Shown here piece by piece: positions 13,655 to 26,689 of a stretch of 64,000 bases of DNA. Origin of the DNA: Eledone cirrhosa (taxonomy: Eukaryota); assembly GCA_964016885.1 (NCBI GenBank), contig OZ024761.1, forward strand, positions 18,662,001 through 18,726,000, given 5' to 3'. Under the pieces are notes generated by a model. It was not told the origin of the DNA and ran no database searches. It was given only the letters and a program-made list of their open reading frames with translations. A program made the position numbers and the translations under genes. Each line of letters starts with the position of its first letter. Positions within the stretch are counted from its first letter, which is position 1.

Positions 13655-14135
13655 CTACTACTACACCATACCACTGCTACTATTATCACCATCACTACCA
13701 CCAGTACTACTATCACCACCAGTACTACTTTCACCAGTCCTATCACTACCACCACCACCACTACAATCACCAGTACTACTACCACCACTACTATCACCAC
13801 CACCTCTGCTACCACCACTGCTACACCAGTACTACTATCACCACCACTACCATCACCACCACCACCACTACAACCACCAGTACTACTATCACCACCACCA
13901 CTACAACCACCAGTACCACCACCACCACCACTACTATCACCACCACCACTGCTACCACCAATACTACTATCACCACCACTACTATCACCACCACCACCAC
14001 TACAACCACCAGTACTACTATCACCACCACCACTACAACCACCACCACCACCACCACCACCACCACTACTATCACCACCACCACTGCTACCACCAGTACT
14101 ACTATCACCACCACTACTACCACCAATACTACTAC
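13655..14135. repeat. (ACC/ACT)n degenerate trinucleotide tract
   Basis: direct inspection. Confidence 0.95.
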
Positions 14136-14229
14136 TCTTTTAACCAAATATCTGAATGGATTAGCTGTGGCCATGAGTTCATATGCACTTAATAGTGTGT
14201 GGGGGTGGGGTGGGGTGACAGTGTTGTTG

Positions 14230-14957
14230 TTATGGTGGTGATGGTGATGGCGTCAGTGTTGATAGTGGTAGTAGTGGTGATGATGATGGTAGCATTGGTG
14301 GTGATGATGATGGTAGCATTGGTGGTGATGGTGGTGGCAGTGGTGATGATGGTGACAGTGGTGTTGGTGGTGATAGTGGTGGTGGTGGTAGTAGTGGTGA
14401 TGATGATGGTAGCATTGGTGGTGATGATGGTGGTGGCAGTGGTGATGGTGGTGATAGCGGTGGTGGTGGTGATAGTGGTAGTAGTGGTGATGATGGTGGT
14501 GGCAGTGGTGATGATGATGACAGTGGTGTTGGTGGTGATAGTGGTGATAGCGGTGGTGATAGTGGTAATGGTAGTGGTAGTAGTGGTGGTGGTGATAGTG
14601 GTAGTAGTAGTGGTAATGGTAGTGGTGGTGGTGATAGTGGTGATAGCGGTGGTGGTGGTGATAGTGGTAGTAGTGGTGATGATGATGGTAGCATGGGTGG
14701 TGATGATGGTGGTGGCAGTGGTGATGGTGGTGATAGCGGTGGTGGTGGTGATAGTGGTAGTAGTGGTGATGATGGTGGTGGCAGTGGTGTTGGTGGTGAT
14801 AGCGGTGGTGGTGGTGATAGTGGTAGTAGTGGTGGTGGTGATAGTGGTAATGGTAGTGGTAGTAGTGGTGGTGGTGATAGTGGTAATAGTAGTGGTAATG
14901 GTAGTGGTAATGGTAGTGGTGATAGTGGTAGCAGTAGCAATGGTGGTGGTGGTGGTG
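14230..14957. repeat. (GGT/AGT/GAT)n degenerate trinucleotide tract
   Basis: direct inspection; complementary in composition to 13655-14135. Confidence 0.95.
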
Positions 14958-16339
14958 AGATTGAATTGGTTAGCAACAGCAATAACAACATCAGTCCACA
15001 TAGTAACACAATACTCCTGAGGATTGGAACAAAACAACAAAACATAAATAAAAAAAATCTTTTTACTATATAAACCCTCTCCCCCCTCACACACACATAC
15101 AGATATTGGTAATTAATTATCTTTGTCTCATTAGAAGGTGTGCAGGGGGTGGGTGGGTGATAGAATCAATGACACAGGTAATACAGGAGTATTACCTGTG
15201 TCATTGATTCTGTCTTATAGTTCTGAGATCACTTTGGTTATTGTTGTTGTTGTTTTGTTTAGCCCTAGGTCAGTCCTGTGCCAAGAGACAGACCTGTGGT
15301 CAAACATATTTCAGCTCTGCTCATCCCACCATTTCTTTCTTTGTCTTTTGGACATAAGTGTATCTAGGACTATAGGCAACAAATTGGCAGAGTGGTTAAG
15401 ACGTTAGATAGAATGCTTTATGGTATTCGTCCCTCCTCATTGCGAGCTCTAAGTTCAAATCCCGCTGTGGTCAACATTGCCTTTCATCCTTTCGAGGCCG
15501 ATAAATAAAAAGGACCAGTCCAGTTCTGTGATCGATTCTTTCTCTATAGAAAAAATCAGCTGTGTTCAGACCTGGAAAGGAGATGCGCTCTGCCAGACTT
15601 AATAAAAAAAAAACATGCCCAAGACACGCTGTGCTGTATGTTACTATGGCACCTCTGCAACTCCACCAGGAGTTACAGGTCCATATCATCATCGTCGTTT
15701 TACGTCCGTTCTTCCACGCTAGCATGGGTTAGACGGGTTGTCCTGTTGTGGGCAGTGTCCGGTCGGCTGACCTTGTCTTGCTCATACTGGAACTGATTCT
15801 GGCATGATTTCTACAGCTGGATGCGCTTCCTAACACCAACCGCATTTACAGTGAATATATATATATATATAGGACTACATTATTATACAGTGTCCTCTTA
15901 CTTGTTTCAGTCATTTGACTGTGGCCATGTTAGGGCACTACCTTGATTTAGTCGATCATATTAAAACCAGCCCAGTACCAGCACTACTGTATATATATAT
16001 ATATATATTGCAAAGTGGTCGTGGAGGTGCCATGGCAAAAAAGCACCCACCAAACACTGTAAAGTGGACATGTAGGCGCCATGGAAAAAAAGCAACCAGC
16101 ACTCACTGCAAATGAGGTTGGTGTTAGGAAGGGCAACCAGCTGTAGAAATCAAGCCAGAATCAGTTCCCGTATGAGCAAGACAAGGTCAGCTGACCGGAC
16201 ATGTAATACATAGGTGAGAAATAAACTAATCATTATAATAAACACGGTGGCTGAGGAGTTAAAAAGTTTGTTTCACAACCATATGATCCCAGGTTCAATC
16301 CCACCGATTGACATTTTGGCTAATACTAAGTCTTTATGA

Positions 16340-16570
16340 TAAAAACCACCCAGTCTACCCTGTTTGATGGTCGTTTTGGGGCCCATGATAAAAAGCACCC
16401 AGTCCACCCTGTTTAATGGTCATTTTGGGGCTGATCCAGTGCTACAACAACAAACCACCCAGTATACCCTGTAAGGTGGTCATTTCAGGGACTCATTAAA
16501 AAGCACTGTCCACCCTGTAAAGTGGTCATTTTGAGGGCACATTAAAAAGCACCCAGTCCACACTGTAACA
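16340..16570. repeat. Tandem expansion of a SINE-internal unit
   Basis: aaaagcacccagtccaccctgt..tggtcatttt repeated about 5 times. Confidence 0.7.
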
Positions 16571-16760
16571 TGGTTGGTGTTAGCAAGGGCATCCTGCTGT
16601 AGAAACCAAGACAAAATACAAATCTGTATGAGCAAGACGTAGTCTTTGGACCTGACTTGTCTCATAAATGTGACAACCTTTCTAACCCATGCAAGCATGG
16701 AAAATAGATGTTAAATGATGATGATGATGATACACACACACATATATATATGTATATGTG

Positions 16761-16822
<62 letters not shown>

Positions 16823-17706
16823 GTCGGGTCACTCTTGAGTGCTACTGGTAACATGTAACCCAGTACAACCTGTCGTGTGGTCGGGTCGTCGGCGACTAAA
16901 CCAGCAACCCCACCAAGTTCACTTGGTGAGGAGGATGATTTTGAACACCATGCAGGACAAAAAACAAAACCTGGCAAAGGGCGGAAGAACTCATAAGAGT
17001 CAACGGCCATCCGAAAGTGTGTAAATATGTATATACACATGCACCGCACGGTTAAACCACTGGGAGTGAAGGACCCCTAGCTTTTGTCAGGGCATTCTTC
17101 TAGGAGAAGGCAACTCAGGAAACTGGGATAACTCCGATATAAAACCTGCGGCTCAGTAGTTACCAATGATGTTGATCTTTTCTTCTTTTCGGGTTATAGC
17201 TACTGTCCCTCAGAGAGTGGGATTGGCTCAGTGCACAGTCTTTCCTCACTTTAAAAAATATATCTTCATGCACAGGCATTGCATGATAGAATTAATTAAT
17301 TGTTTCTACTTTAGGCACAAGGCCAGCAATTACCCAGTGCATTACTGGTACTTTATTTTATCTACCCCGTAAGGATGAAAGGCAAAGAATTAATTAATAA
17401 TTATTAATAATGGTATATCGTGCAATGGCCATACTCAATAACGAGGGGGCAGCCATCATATATATATATATATATATATATCGTTTGATTTGTCCAGGTC
17501 TGTTGTCTAACCTGATTAATTTTTTCGTTGTTTTAGTATTGTATGGCTGGGTTTTGCCTGCCGCAATTTTTAATTTGTCAAGCTATCTAAACGTAATGTT
17601 ATTACTCTAAGGACCTACCCTTATTGAGTGCTTTGCTACTCATTCCTTATTGTAGGTCGACTTTGCTTAGCCACAGCCAAAGCTTCGATTTCACTAAGCT
17701 TCCACT

Positions 17707-17755
<49 letters not shown>

Positions 17756-17909
17756 CGAGTTCACAAGGTCAACTGTTGTGGTGACACGTTTAAGACATAC
17801 ACATATATATATTTATGCAAATGGTCGTTTTTGGAAGCCTCCACAATGCAGCTGGAAAATGGACGTTAAATGATGATGATGTTGATGTTTCTTCTTCTTT
17901 TTTTTTCAG

Positions 17910-17992
17910 GTTATTTCCTCCATGACATAGTAGATATGGTCGTGTATGATCGATCTCGGAATTCCTTGGAGCTTCTGGTCCATCATGTTGTG
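17910..17992 (+). CDS. TLCD-like protein, exon 3 (GYFLHDIVDMVVYDRSRNSLELLVHHVV)
   Basis: polypyrimidine tract + CAG acceptor, GTGAGT donor; TLC-domain GYF..D and HH motifs. Confidence 0.92.
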
Positions 17993-18451
17993 GTGAGTGT
18001 TCAGGCGTGACTGGAAAAAAAAAACAGAAAAAAAAATGTTTGATTTTGGTGCAATTTTTTTACATGGCTGTTCTTTTTGTTCTTTTACTTGTTTTAGTCA
18101 TTAGAGTGGGGCCATGCTGGGGCACTGGAGGCGCGTTGTCCTACGATTATATTGTTGTGGGTTTGATTCCTGGACTGGGTTGTGTGTTGTGTTCTTGAGC
18201 AAGTCTTCATTTCATGTTGCTCCAATATAGTCTGCTGAAAATGAGTACCAGCAATAATTGTTTCTACTATTGGCACAAGGCCAGCAATTTTTTCCAGTAC
18301 ATTACTGGTACTTTATTTTATCGACCCCGTAAGGATGAAAGGCAAAGTTAACCTTGGCGGGATTTGAACTCAGACCATAGAGGGACGTAACTCTTTGCTG
18401 CAAAGCATGGCGTCAGACCCTCTACCGATACTGCCAATCCACCAGCAATAA

Positions 18452-18590
18452 TAGCTGGGAGTTTAATCCTGTAATGGACTGGCGTCCTGTCCAGGGGGGA
18501 GTCTTGTGCTCTCAGTCACTTAATGCCACAGAAACCAGGATAAGTACCGGCCTGATGAGCCGCTGAACCCGAGACAGACTTTTGACTTTA
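18452..18590 (+). mobile_element. Old SINE 3' part, Nin/Deu-domain-like
   Basis: atggactggcgtcctgtccaggggg..cagaaaccaggataagtaccggcctgatgagcc resembles the 3' region of widespread invertebrate SINEs. Confidence 0.5.
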
Positions 18591-19384
18591 GATGCTGGAG
18601 CACTGCCACCAGGAAACTTTTAATTGATCCTGTTGATCCCAGTACATACCTTACCTTACTCCCTCTCCTTTTCCATCACTGCATGCTCTGGCCTGGCTAA
18701 GGACCCAACAAACATTCTCGTGTTCTAATGGGAGAGTGCTGGTGTCATGATAAATTTAATTGTTTCTACTTTAGGCACAAGGCCAGCAATTACCCAGTGC
18801 ATTACTGGTACTTTATTTTATCGACCCCGTAAGGATGAAAGGCCAAAGTCAACCTCGGCGGGATTTGAACTCAGATCGTAAAGGGACGTAACTATGCTGG
18901 AAAGCATGGCGTCCGACCCTCTACCGATACTGCCAATCCACTTGATTATTTGAAAATCAAAGGCAGTGTCTTTCATGAAATATGGTAACGAAAGAGATAA
19001 GTTATGTTCTAACCACCATCTTAACAATGAGAAAGTTAGTTATATTAATAAATCCCTTCACATTTTTTATTATTTCTAAAATGATTTGAAAATTATAGGC
19101 AAGAGTGTCTTTCATTAGAAATATGATAATGAAAGGGTTGACTCTTTAGCATTTAAACCGGCCATATCCAGCCAGAATTCTATCACCACTTTCTGTTCTA
19201 ACTGGCCATAACCAATTGCTCATACTGATGTTAAGGTATTGTTCCCAAAATAAATAATATCAAAATCTCGTAGATTTTATATTTTTTGAAATAAAGTGTT
19301 TACCGTGGAAATACAATAATATATATAGAGTAATGTAAATGCTAAAGGGTTAAAATGTTTATATTTCTTTTATTTCTATTTCAG

Positions 19385-19556
19385 CTTCTAATTGCTTTCT
19401 CAATCCCTATTCTAACCTACAAAAGTGTGGGCTACATGTTGGTGGCTCTTTTGGTAGAGATCAACTCCATTTTTCTCCACTTCCGACAGTTACTACGGAT
19501 ACAAAAAGTGGATAAGAAGTCGTCACTATACAGACTTACTAGTCTTCTTAATTTAG
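19385..19556 (+). CDS. TLCD-like protein, exon 4 (LLIAFSIP...ALLVEINSIFLHFRQLL...LLNLG)
   Basis: tttcag acceptor, G|GTATGT donor; TLC-domain E.NS.FLH.R motif. Confidence 0.92.
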
Positions 19557-19659
19557 GTATGTACCTAGTTTATATATGAATGTTTTATTCCAGCCGCGTC
19601 TTACTATGGCTATTATGATTTCAGAACATCCACCAAAGCAACAAAAGTAAACCCTTACA

Positions 19660-20223
19660 AGTGACTTACTGTACAACACCTGATCTCGGATCAAGTCACT
19701 TACCAAATATGTACAACTCCGAATCTCAGATCAAGTCAATAACCAAACATGTACAACACCTGATCTTAGATCAAGTCATTTACCAAACCTGTACAAGACC
19801 TGATCTCAGATCAAGGCATTTACGAAACAGGTACACCTAATCTCTGATCAAGTCACTTACTAAACATGTTCACCTAATCTCTGATCAAGTCACTTACCAA
19901 ACATGTACAACATATGATCTCAGATCAAGTCACTTACCAAACATGTACAACATATGATCTCAGATCAGGTCACTTACCAAACATGTACAACATATGATCT
20001 CAGATCAGGTCACTTACCAAACATGTACAACACCTGATCTCGGATCAAGTCACTTACCAATCCTGTACAACATATGATCTCACATCAAGTCACTTACCAA
20101 ACATCTGATCTCAGATCATGCCATTTACCATACACCTGTTCTCAGATCAAGTCACTTGCCAAACCACATGTACAACATATGATCTGAGATCAAGCCACTT
20201 ACCAAACATCTGATCTCAGATCA
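19660..20223. repeat. ~40-bp minisatellite filling most of TLCD intron 4
   Basis: unit cagatcaagtcacttaccaaacatgtacaacatatgatct, about 14 degenerate copies. Confidence 0.92.
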
Positions 20224-20300
20224 AAACAAGACAAAACAAAACCAATTATTGTTAACTGTGATGTTTTTTCTGTATTAATATTTTGTTGTTCTATTGCCAG

Positions 20301-20524
20301 GTACATTCATCATATTCCGTATTGCGGCGTTGTGTTGGATGACTCGGTGGATTGTTATCAACAAGGCCAACGTTCCATTCTTTTTCTATGTCCTGGCTAA
20401 TATTGGTCTTACCACCACCACTGTCATGAACATAGTACTCTTCTATCGGTGTCTCAAAAGTGATTTTATCTGTCATACCACCTCGTCCACCACCACCACC
20501 ACCACCAATACCAAACTGGATTAG
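20301..20524 (+). CDS. TLCD-like protein, last coding exon (GTFIIFRIAALCWMTRW...TNTKLD*)
   Basis: ttgccag acceptor; conserved FR motif; TAG at 20522-20524; spliced CDS totals 843 nt (280 aa) with no frameshift. Confidence 0.9.
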
Positions 20525-22262
20525 ACACTAAAGTACCATACCACTACAGCCACCAACACCACTAATATCAAACTGGTTTAGACACTAAAGTACCATACCA
20601 CTACAGCCACCAACACCACCAATACCAAACTGGATTAGACACTAAAGTACCATACCACTACAGCCACCAACACCACCAATACCAAACTGGATTAGACACT
20701 AAAGTACCATACCACTACAGACAGTCACCAACACCACCAATACCAAACTGGTTTAGACACTAAAGTACCATACGGTGGATTGGCAGTAATTGGTAGAGCG
20801 TTGGACAACATGCTTTACACTAAAGTACCATACAACCACCACCACCACCTCCACCAATAGCAAATTGGATTAGACACTAAACTACCATACCACTATAGCT
20901 ACCAAACTGGATTAGATACTAAACTACCATACCACTATAGCTACCAAACTGGATTAGACACTAAACTACCATACCACTATAGCTACCAAACTGGATTAGA
21001 CACTAAACTACCATACCACTATAGCTACCAAACTGGATTAGATACTAAACTACCATACCACTATAGCTACCAAACTGGATTAGATACTAAACTACCATAC
21101 CACTATAGCTACCAAACTGGATTAGATACTAAACTACCATACCACTATAGCTACCAAACTGGATTAGATACTAAACTACCATACCACTATAGCTACCAAA
21201 CTGGATTAGATACTAAACTACCATACCACTATAGCTACCAAACTGGATTAGATACTAAACTACCATACCACTATAGCTACCAAACTGGATTAGATACTAA
21301 ACTACCATACCACTATAGCTACCAAACTGGATTAGATACTAAACTACCATACCACTATAGCTACCAAACTGGATGAGATACTAAACTACCATACCACTAT
21401 AGCTACCAAACTGGATTAGATACTAAACTACCATACCACTATAGCTACCAAACTGGATTAGATACTAAACTACCATACCACTATAGCTACCAAACTGGAT
21501 GAGATACTAAACTACCATACCACTATAGCTACCAAACTGGATTAGATACTAAACTACCATACCACTATAGCTACCAAACTGGATTAGATACTAAACTACC
21601 ATACCACTATAGCTACCAAACTGGATTAGATACTAAACTACCATACCACTATAGCTACCAAACTGGATTAGATACTAAACTACCATACCACTATAGCTAC
21701 CAAACTGGATTAGATACTAAACTACCATACCACTATAGCTACCAAACTGGATTAGATACTAAACTACCATACCACTATAGCTACCAAACTGGATGAGATA
21801 CTAAACTACCATACCACTATAGCTACCAAACTGGATTAGATACTAAACTACCATACCACTATAGCTACCAAACTGGATTAGATACTAAACTACCATACCA
21901 CTATAGCTACCAAACTGGATGAGATACTAAACTACCATACCACTATAGCTACCAAACTGGATTAGATACTAAACTACCATACCACTATAGCTACCAAACT
22001 GGATTAGACACTAAACTACCATACCACCACAGCTACCACCACCACCATCAATACCAAACTGGATTAGACACTAAACTACCATACCACCACAGCTACCACC
22101 ACCACCATCAATACCAAACTGGATTAGACACTAAACTACCATACCACCACAGCTACCACCACCACCATCAATACCAAACTGGATTAGACACTATACTGCC
22201 ATACCACCACAGCTACCACCACCACCATCAATACCAAACTGGATTAGACACTAAACTGCCAT
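20500..22262. repeat. Compound minisatellite (57-bp, 42-bp x ~27, then 60-bp units) beginning at the TLCD stop codon
   Basis: 42-bp unit actaccataccactatagctaccaaactggattagatactaa from 20881. Confidence 0.95.
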
Positions 22263-23382
22263 ACGGTGGATTGGCAGTAATTGGTAGAGCGTTGGACAAC
22301 AAGCTTTACGGCCTTCTACGTTCTGAGTTCAAATCCTGCTGAGGTTAGCTTTGCCTTTCATTTTTACAGGGTTGAGAAAATGAAAGTACCAGTCGTGGTA
22401 AATGTAGCACCAGTAATGTACTGGGGTAGATTTTAATTGACTAGGGATACAACCTAGAAAAATTACTGAATTTCCAAACCCCACACCACCCATATATAAA
22501 TGTATATATATATGTTCATATGTATATATATATATATATAAATATATACATATGTTCATATATATATATATATATACATATGTTTATATATATATATATA
22601 CATATGTTCATATATATATCTATCTAAGGCGGGTAAAATTCCCGAGATCCATGGACGAGTTCTCTCCAGCGGTCTCTGTCCCTCATTATCGCTGCCATGT
22701 CCTGCGTCTCCAACAGACCAGTGTCTGTCCTTAGAGCATCAACATACGTTAACCTTGGTCTTCCTCTTCTAGTGTGTCAATGTAGGGGCTCCCAAAGGAG
22801 CACTGAGTGCAATGTCAACTCTGGATGTCGGTCAGCATGTCCAGCTAACCTCAGTCAGAATGGTGGATGGGTGCTACACGAGAATGCTGAGGATGGCTCT
22901 GAACATTAATCAGTATACACTGAGGATGAAAACTCATATATATATATATATAAATATACACATATGTTCATATATATATATAAATATACATATTATGTTA
23001 TTATATATAATATGTATATATGTATATATATACATATATCATCATCAACATCATCATTTTACGTCCACTTTTCCCTACTTGCAAGGGTTGGACGGGTCCT
23101 ATTCAGCACAGCATCTCTCTACTTGTCACGGTCCTTCGTCATCTCCTCGGTGAGGAGATGACCTCCGTCCATATATATATATATAGAAGTGGTAACACAA
23201 CAGTTAGTTCACCACACCGAGAACAATTGTTTCACCTTAGCGGATCTGCTAAGGTGAAACAATTGTTCTCGGTGTGGTGAATTAACTGTTGTGTTACCAC
23301 TTCTACTTAACTCGTCCCATGGACTACCTCTCCCTCTCTCTCTCTCTCTCTCTGTATATATATATATTTATAAAACCATATT

Positions 23383-23448
23383 TATTCTATTATACATATT
23401 TCAAGGGCAACCAAGGCAAATTATGGTGCGCTTTCATCAGATAAAATA
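23383..23448 (-). ncRNA. Hammerhead motif (family A), inverted partner of 23980-24045
   Basis: reverse complement of the same core (tcatcag at 23434-23440). Confidence 0.75.
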
Positions 23449-23979
23449 CAGATTTGTTTTATAAATAAATATTGACATACCCAGAAAAAAGACAACCTTA
23501 ACGGTTGGAGCTTCTTAATTTTAATTTAATTTTAATCTAATATTTCAACCTATCATTATAAGTATTGTAATCAAAACGTAATGAACCCTGCATTATAAAT
23601 ATTATTCTTCCACGTTAATCTTATTTCTTCTTTCACGTAGATATACTTATGTATATTTCTCCTTTGAAACTTATTTCTTCACTCTATCTTCACTATCGAT
23701 ATATATAATCGTTCTTTCTTTCCTCTTCTATCTTTCTCCTTTCTTTTTTTCTTTTTTTCTTTTTTTCTTTTTTCTCTCTCCCTTACATATCATCTTCTTC
23801 CAACAGTTTAATTTAAATAAACCGTTATCTTTTCAACCTTTCGGACACTCTCATTTGCATACTCACTCATAACTTTGTATTACCCTCAATAAAATATTAT
23901 CTCCACTATCCAGGAAGCTCCAACCGTTAAGGTTGTCTTTTTTCCGGGTATGTCAATATTTATTTATAAAACAAATCTG

Positions 23980-24045
23980 TATTTTATCTGATGAAAGCGC
24001 ACCATAATTTGCCTTGGTTGCTCTTGAAATATGTATAATAGAATA
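23980..24045 (+). ncRNA. Hammerhead motif (family A)
   Basis: tattttat-CTGATGA(23988)-stem II-GAAA(24026)-tatgta-TA-atagaata. Confidence 0.78.
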
Positions 24046-24597
24046 AATATAGTTTCCATTTATTAATATATTGTGTATTTACTCCACTAAATTGTTGAGT
24101 GCTTTATATCAGTTATAAAAATTTTAAAGCTTGTTGAATCCCAACAAATTAAATATAACCTCTGCATATATATATATATATATATATACATATATACATG
24201 TTGCCTGCCAACTCGTTTACGAGTACGGCCACTACTTTATATCCATGTAGGAGAACCCCTACCGATGCGCTGAACGAGTGTGACTTTTTAGTCCAGCCAG
24301 CGACTTGAAAACTCTGGTACAAACACTACACTTGTGACAATTATTGACACAGTGCTGGGCCCATGGTACCATGTGATGACAAGGGCAGAGAGATCTCCAG
24401 ATATAAAGCAATGCCTGTGCCGTGAAGCTTTTATAGTGAGCAAAGGCACTGCACAAAGCCAGTCCCACTCTCTTAACCAAGATGATATTTACCAAAAAGA
24501 ACAAGAAGTCATACATACATACATACATACATATATTTATATGCATACACATATATATATATATATTTATATGTATATATATATATATTTATATGCA

Positions 24598-24643
<46 letters not shown>

Positions 24644-25005
24644 TACATATATATATATATAAATTACTGAATTTTCAAACCCCACCCTACACTCCCTTGC
24701 TTATTCCATCTGAACCTATTATTTAGGAGCTTTGGTATTTGAGGAAGGATGTTTTATACTATTGTTTGTTATTTAAATTGACCTTCAACAATGTACAATT
24801 GTGAAATACTTTAGTCCTTTGTTAGTTTTTACAAATGAAATAACTTACATGTTATTTGGTAGTGTTCTAGGTGTGTGTGTATGTATATATGTGTGTGTCT
24901 GTATGTATGTGTATGTATATATAGATATATATATATTTGTGTGTGTATATGTGTGTGTCTGTATGTATGTGTATGTATACATAGATATAGATATATTTGT
25001 GTGTC

Positions 25006-25050
<45 letters not shown>

Positions 25051-25366
25051 GTGTGTGTGTGTTTGTATATATGTGTGTGTCTGTATGTATGTGTATGTAT
25101 ATATAGATATAGATATATTTGTGTGTCTGAATATATATATATATATTTGTGTGTGTGTGTGTGTATATGTGTGTGTATATATCATCATCATCATTTAACA
25201 TCCATTGTCCATGCTAGGATGAGTATATATATAATGTGTGTATATAAATATATATATATATACTGCTGACTTAGTTTGGATTTAGCTGTCAAAATGGTGG
25301 AGCTCAGCCGTCGGGGTCTTGATTCTTTTCCTATATATATATGTGCATATGTTTATATATATATGT

Positions 25367-25398
<32 letters not shown>

Positions 25399-25606
25399 CT
25401 ATATATATATATGTATATATATATATGCCTGCATTACAACTGGTCTTGGCAGACTCACCCCACCTTTTATAACACTTTCTTCCATTAATCCACCATCTAT
25501 GTTAAAGTCAGGCAGCAGATTATGAAACCAGAAGATATGATTACATTATAAAGATAAGTAGAATTGTTTCAGTTAAGCATAGTTTCTGGAATGTAAGCCA
25601 CATAGC

Positions 25607-25656
<50 letters not shown>

Positions 25657-25734
25657 AAATTAGAAAAAAAAATATATATATATATATCATCATCATCATC
25701 ATTTTACGTCCGCTTTTCCCTACTTGCAAGGGTG

Positions 25735-25779
<45 letters not shown>

Positions 25780-25944
25780 ATTTAACCCATGCTAGTGTGG
25801 AAAATTGATGTTAAATGATGATGATATATATATATATATATATACATATACATACGTATGTATAAATTTATATATATTTATATATATATATATTTATGTA
25901 TATACATTTATATGTGTGTGTGTGTATATATATATATATATCAT

Positions 25945-26165
25945 GAAGGCTTGTGGCTGAGTGGTTAGAGAATTGGATTCACAATCTTGAGGTTGTGAGT
26001 TCGATTCCTGGACTGGGCGATGCGTTATGTCCTTGAGCAAGACACTTTATTTCACGTTGCTCCTTTTACTTGGAGTTGTGACCAATAGATAGTACTAGCA
26101 ACTGGAAAGATCAATGGAAACATTGTTTCCTCGGTCCGATTTGACGAAAGTCGATTGATCCTTTT
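25945..26165 (+). mobile_element. tRNA-derived SINE (family 3) ending in (TA)n; copies 57235-57445(-) and foldback 54255-54490
   Basis: tggctgagtggttagag A box, gagttcgattcc B box, tail tcggtccgatttgacgaaagtcgat. Confidence 0.75.
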
Positions 26166-26653
26166 ATATATATCATCATCATCATCGTTTAACGTCCATC
26201 TTCCACGCTTGCATGGGTTTGGACGGCAATTTTCTCACTTGAGGCAAGATTGGTTGTCCTGCTCGTATAGGACTGCCTGGCGGGTTTTCTACGGCTGGAT
26301 GCTCTTCCTAACACCAACCACGTTTACAGTGTAGAACTGGGAGGTTTTTACCGTGTTACCTACACGGCCACATTACAGCCTGGACTGTTTGTTTTTTTTT
26401 GTCGTGACACCTACACGACCTCATTTATTTAGGAATATATATATATAGGATAACAATGTTTTGTTTCAGGTAATCCAGTTAGAGGTTGTGAGTACTCTGT
26501 ATTGTGGATAGTTTTAACGTACGGCATTGTTTGACTCAACACGAGGTTTCCACACACATATGTGTATGTAAAAGGTAAACAGAAATAAAAAGCAAACAAC
26601 ACAGTACATGGAAGAAATATATTAGTTTAACGCTTGAAATAGCAAGAAATGAG

Positions 26654-26689
26654 TCTTAACGTTTCAGACTCTAGTCCTTCATCAGAAGA
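26654..26689 (-). ncRNA. Minimal hammerhead-like core; related copy at ~55415-55455
   Basis: minus strand: tctt-CTGATGA-aggac/taga/gtct-GAAACGTT-aaga. Confidence 0.5.

Noticed and set aside
13597-15096. Poly-Thr/Pro/Val mucin-like ORFs
   Set aside because: Open in several frames on both strands because of trinucleotide repeats; lies inside a TLCD intron.
18545-18580. CTGATGAG resembling a hammerhead core
   Set aside because: No properly placed GAAA or stem I; it is part of a SINE 3' region.
20881-22012. CRISPR-like regular array
   Set aside because: Units are contiguous with no unique spacers; eukaryotic context with no cas genes.
24801-25808. Numerous YI/CV/HT-rich ORFs here and at 128-358, 28.9-29.3 kb, 32.0-32.6 kb and 57.9-60.8 kb
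   Set aside because: Translations of (TA)n/(TG)n/(TATG)n microsatellites.
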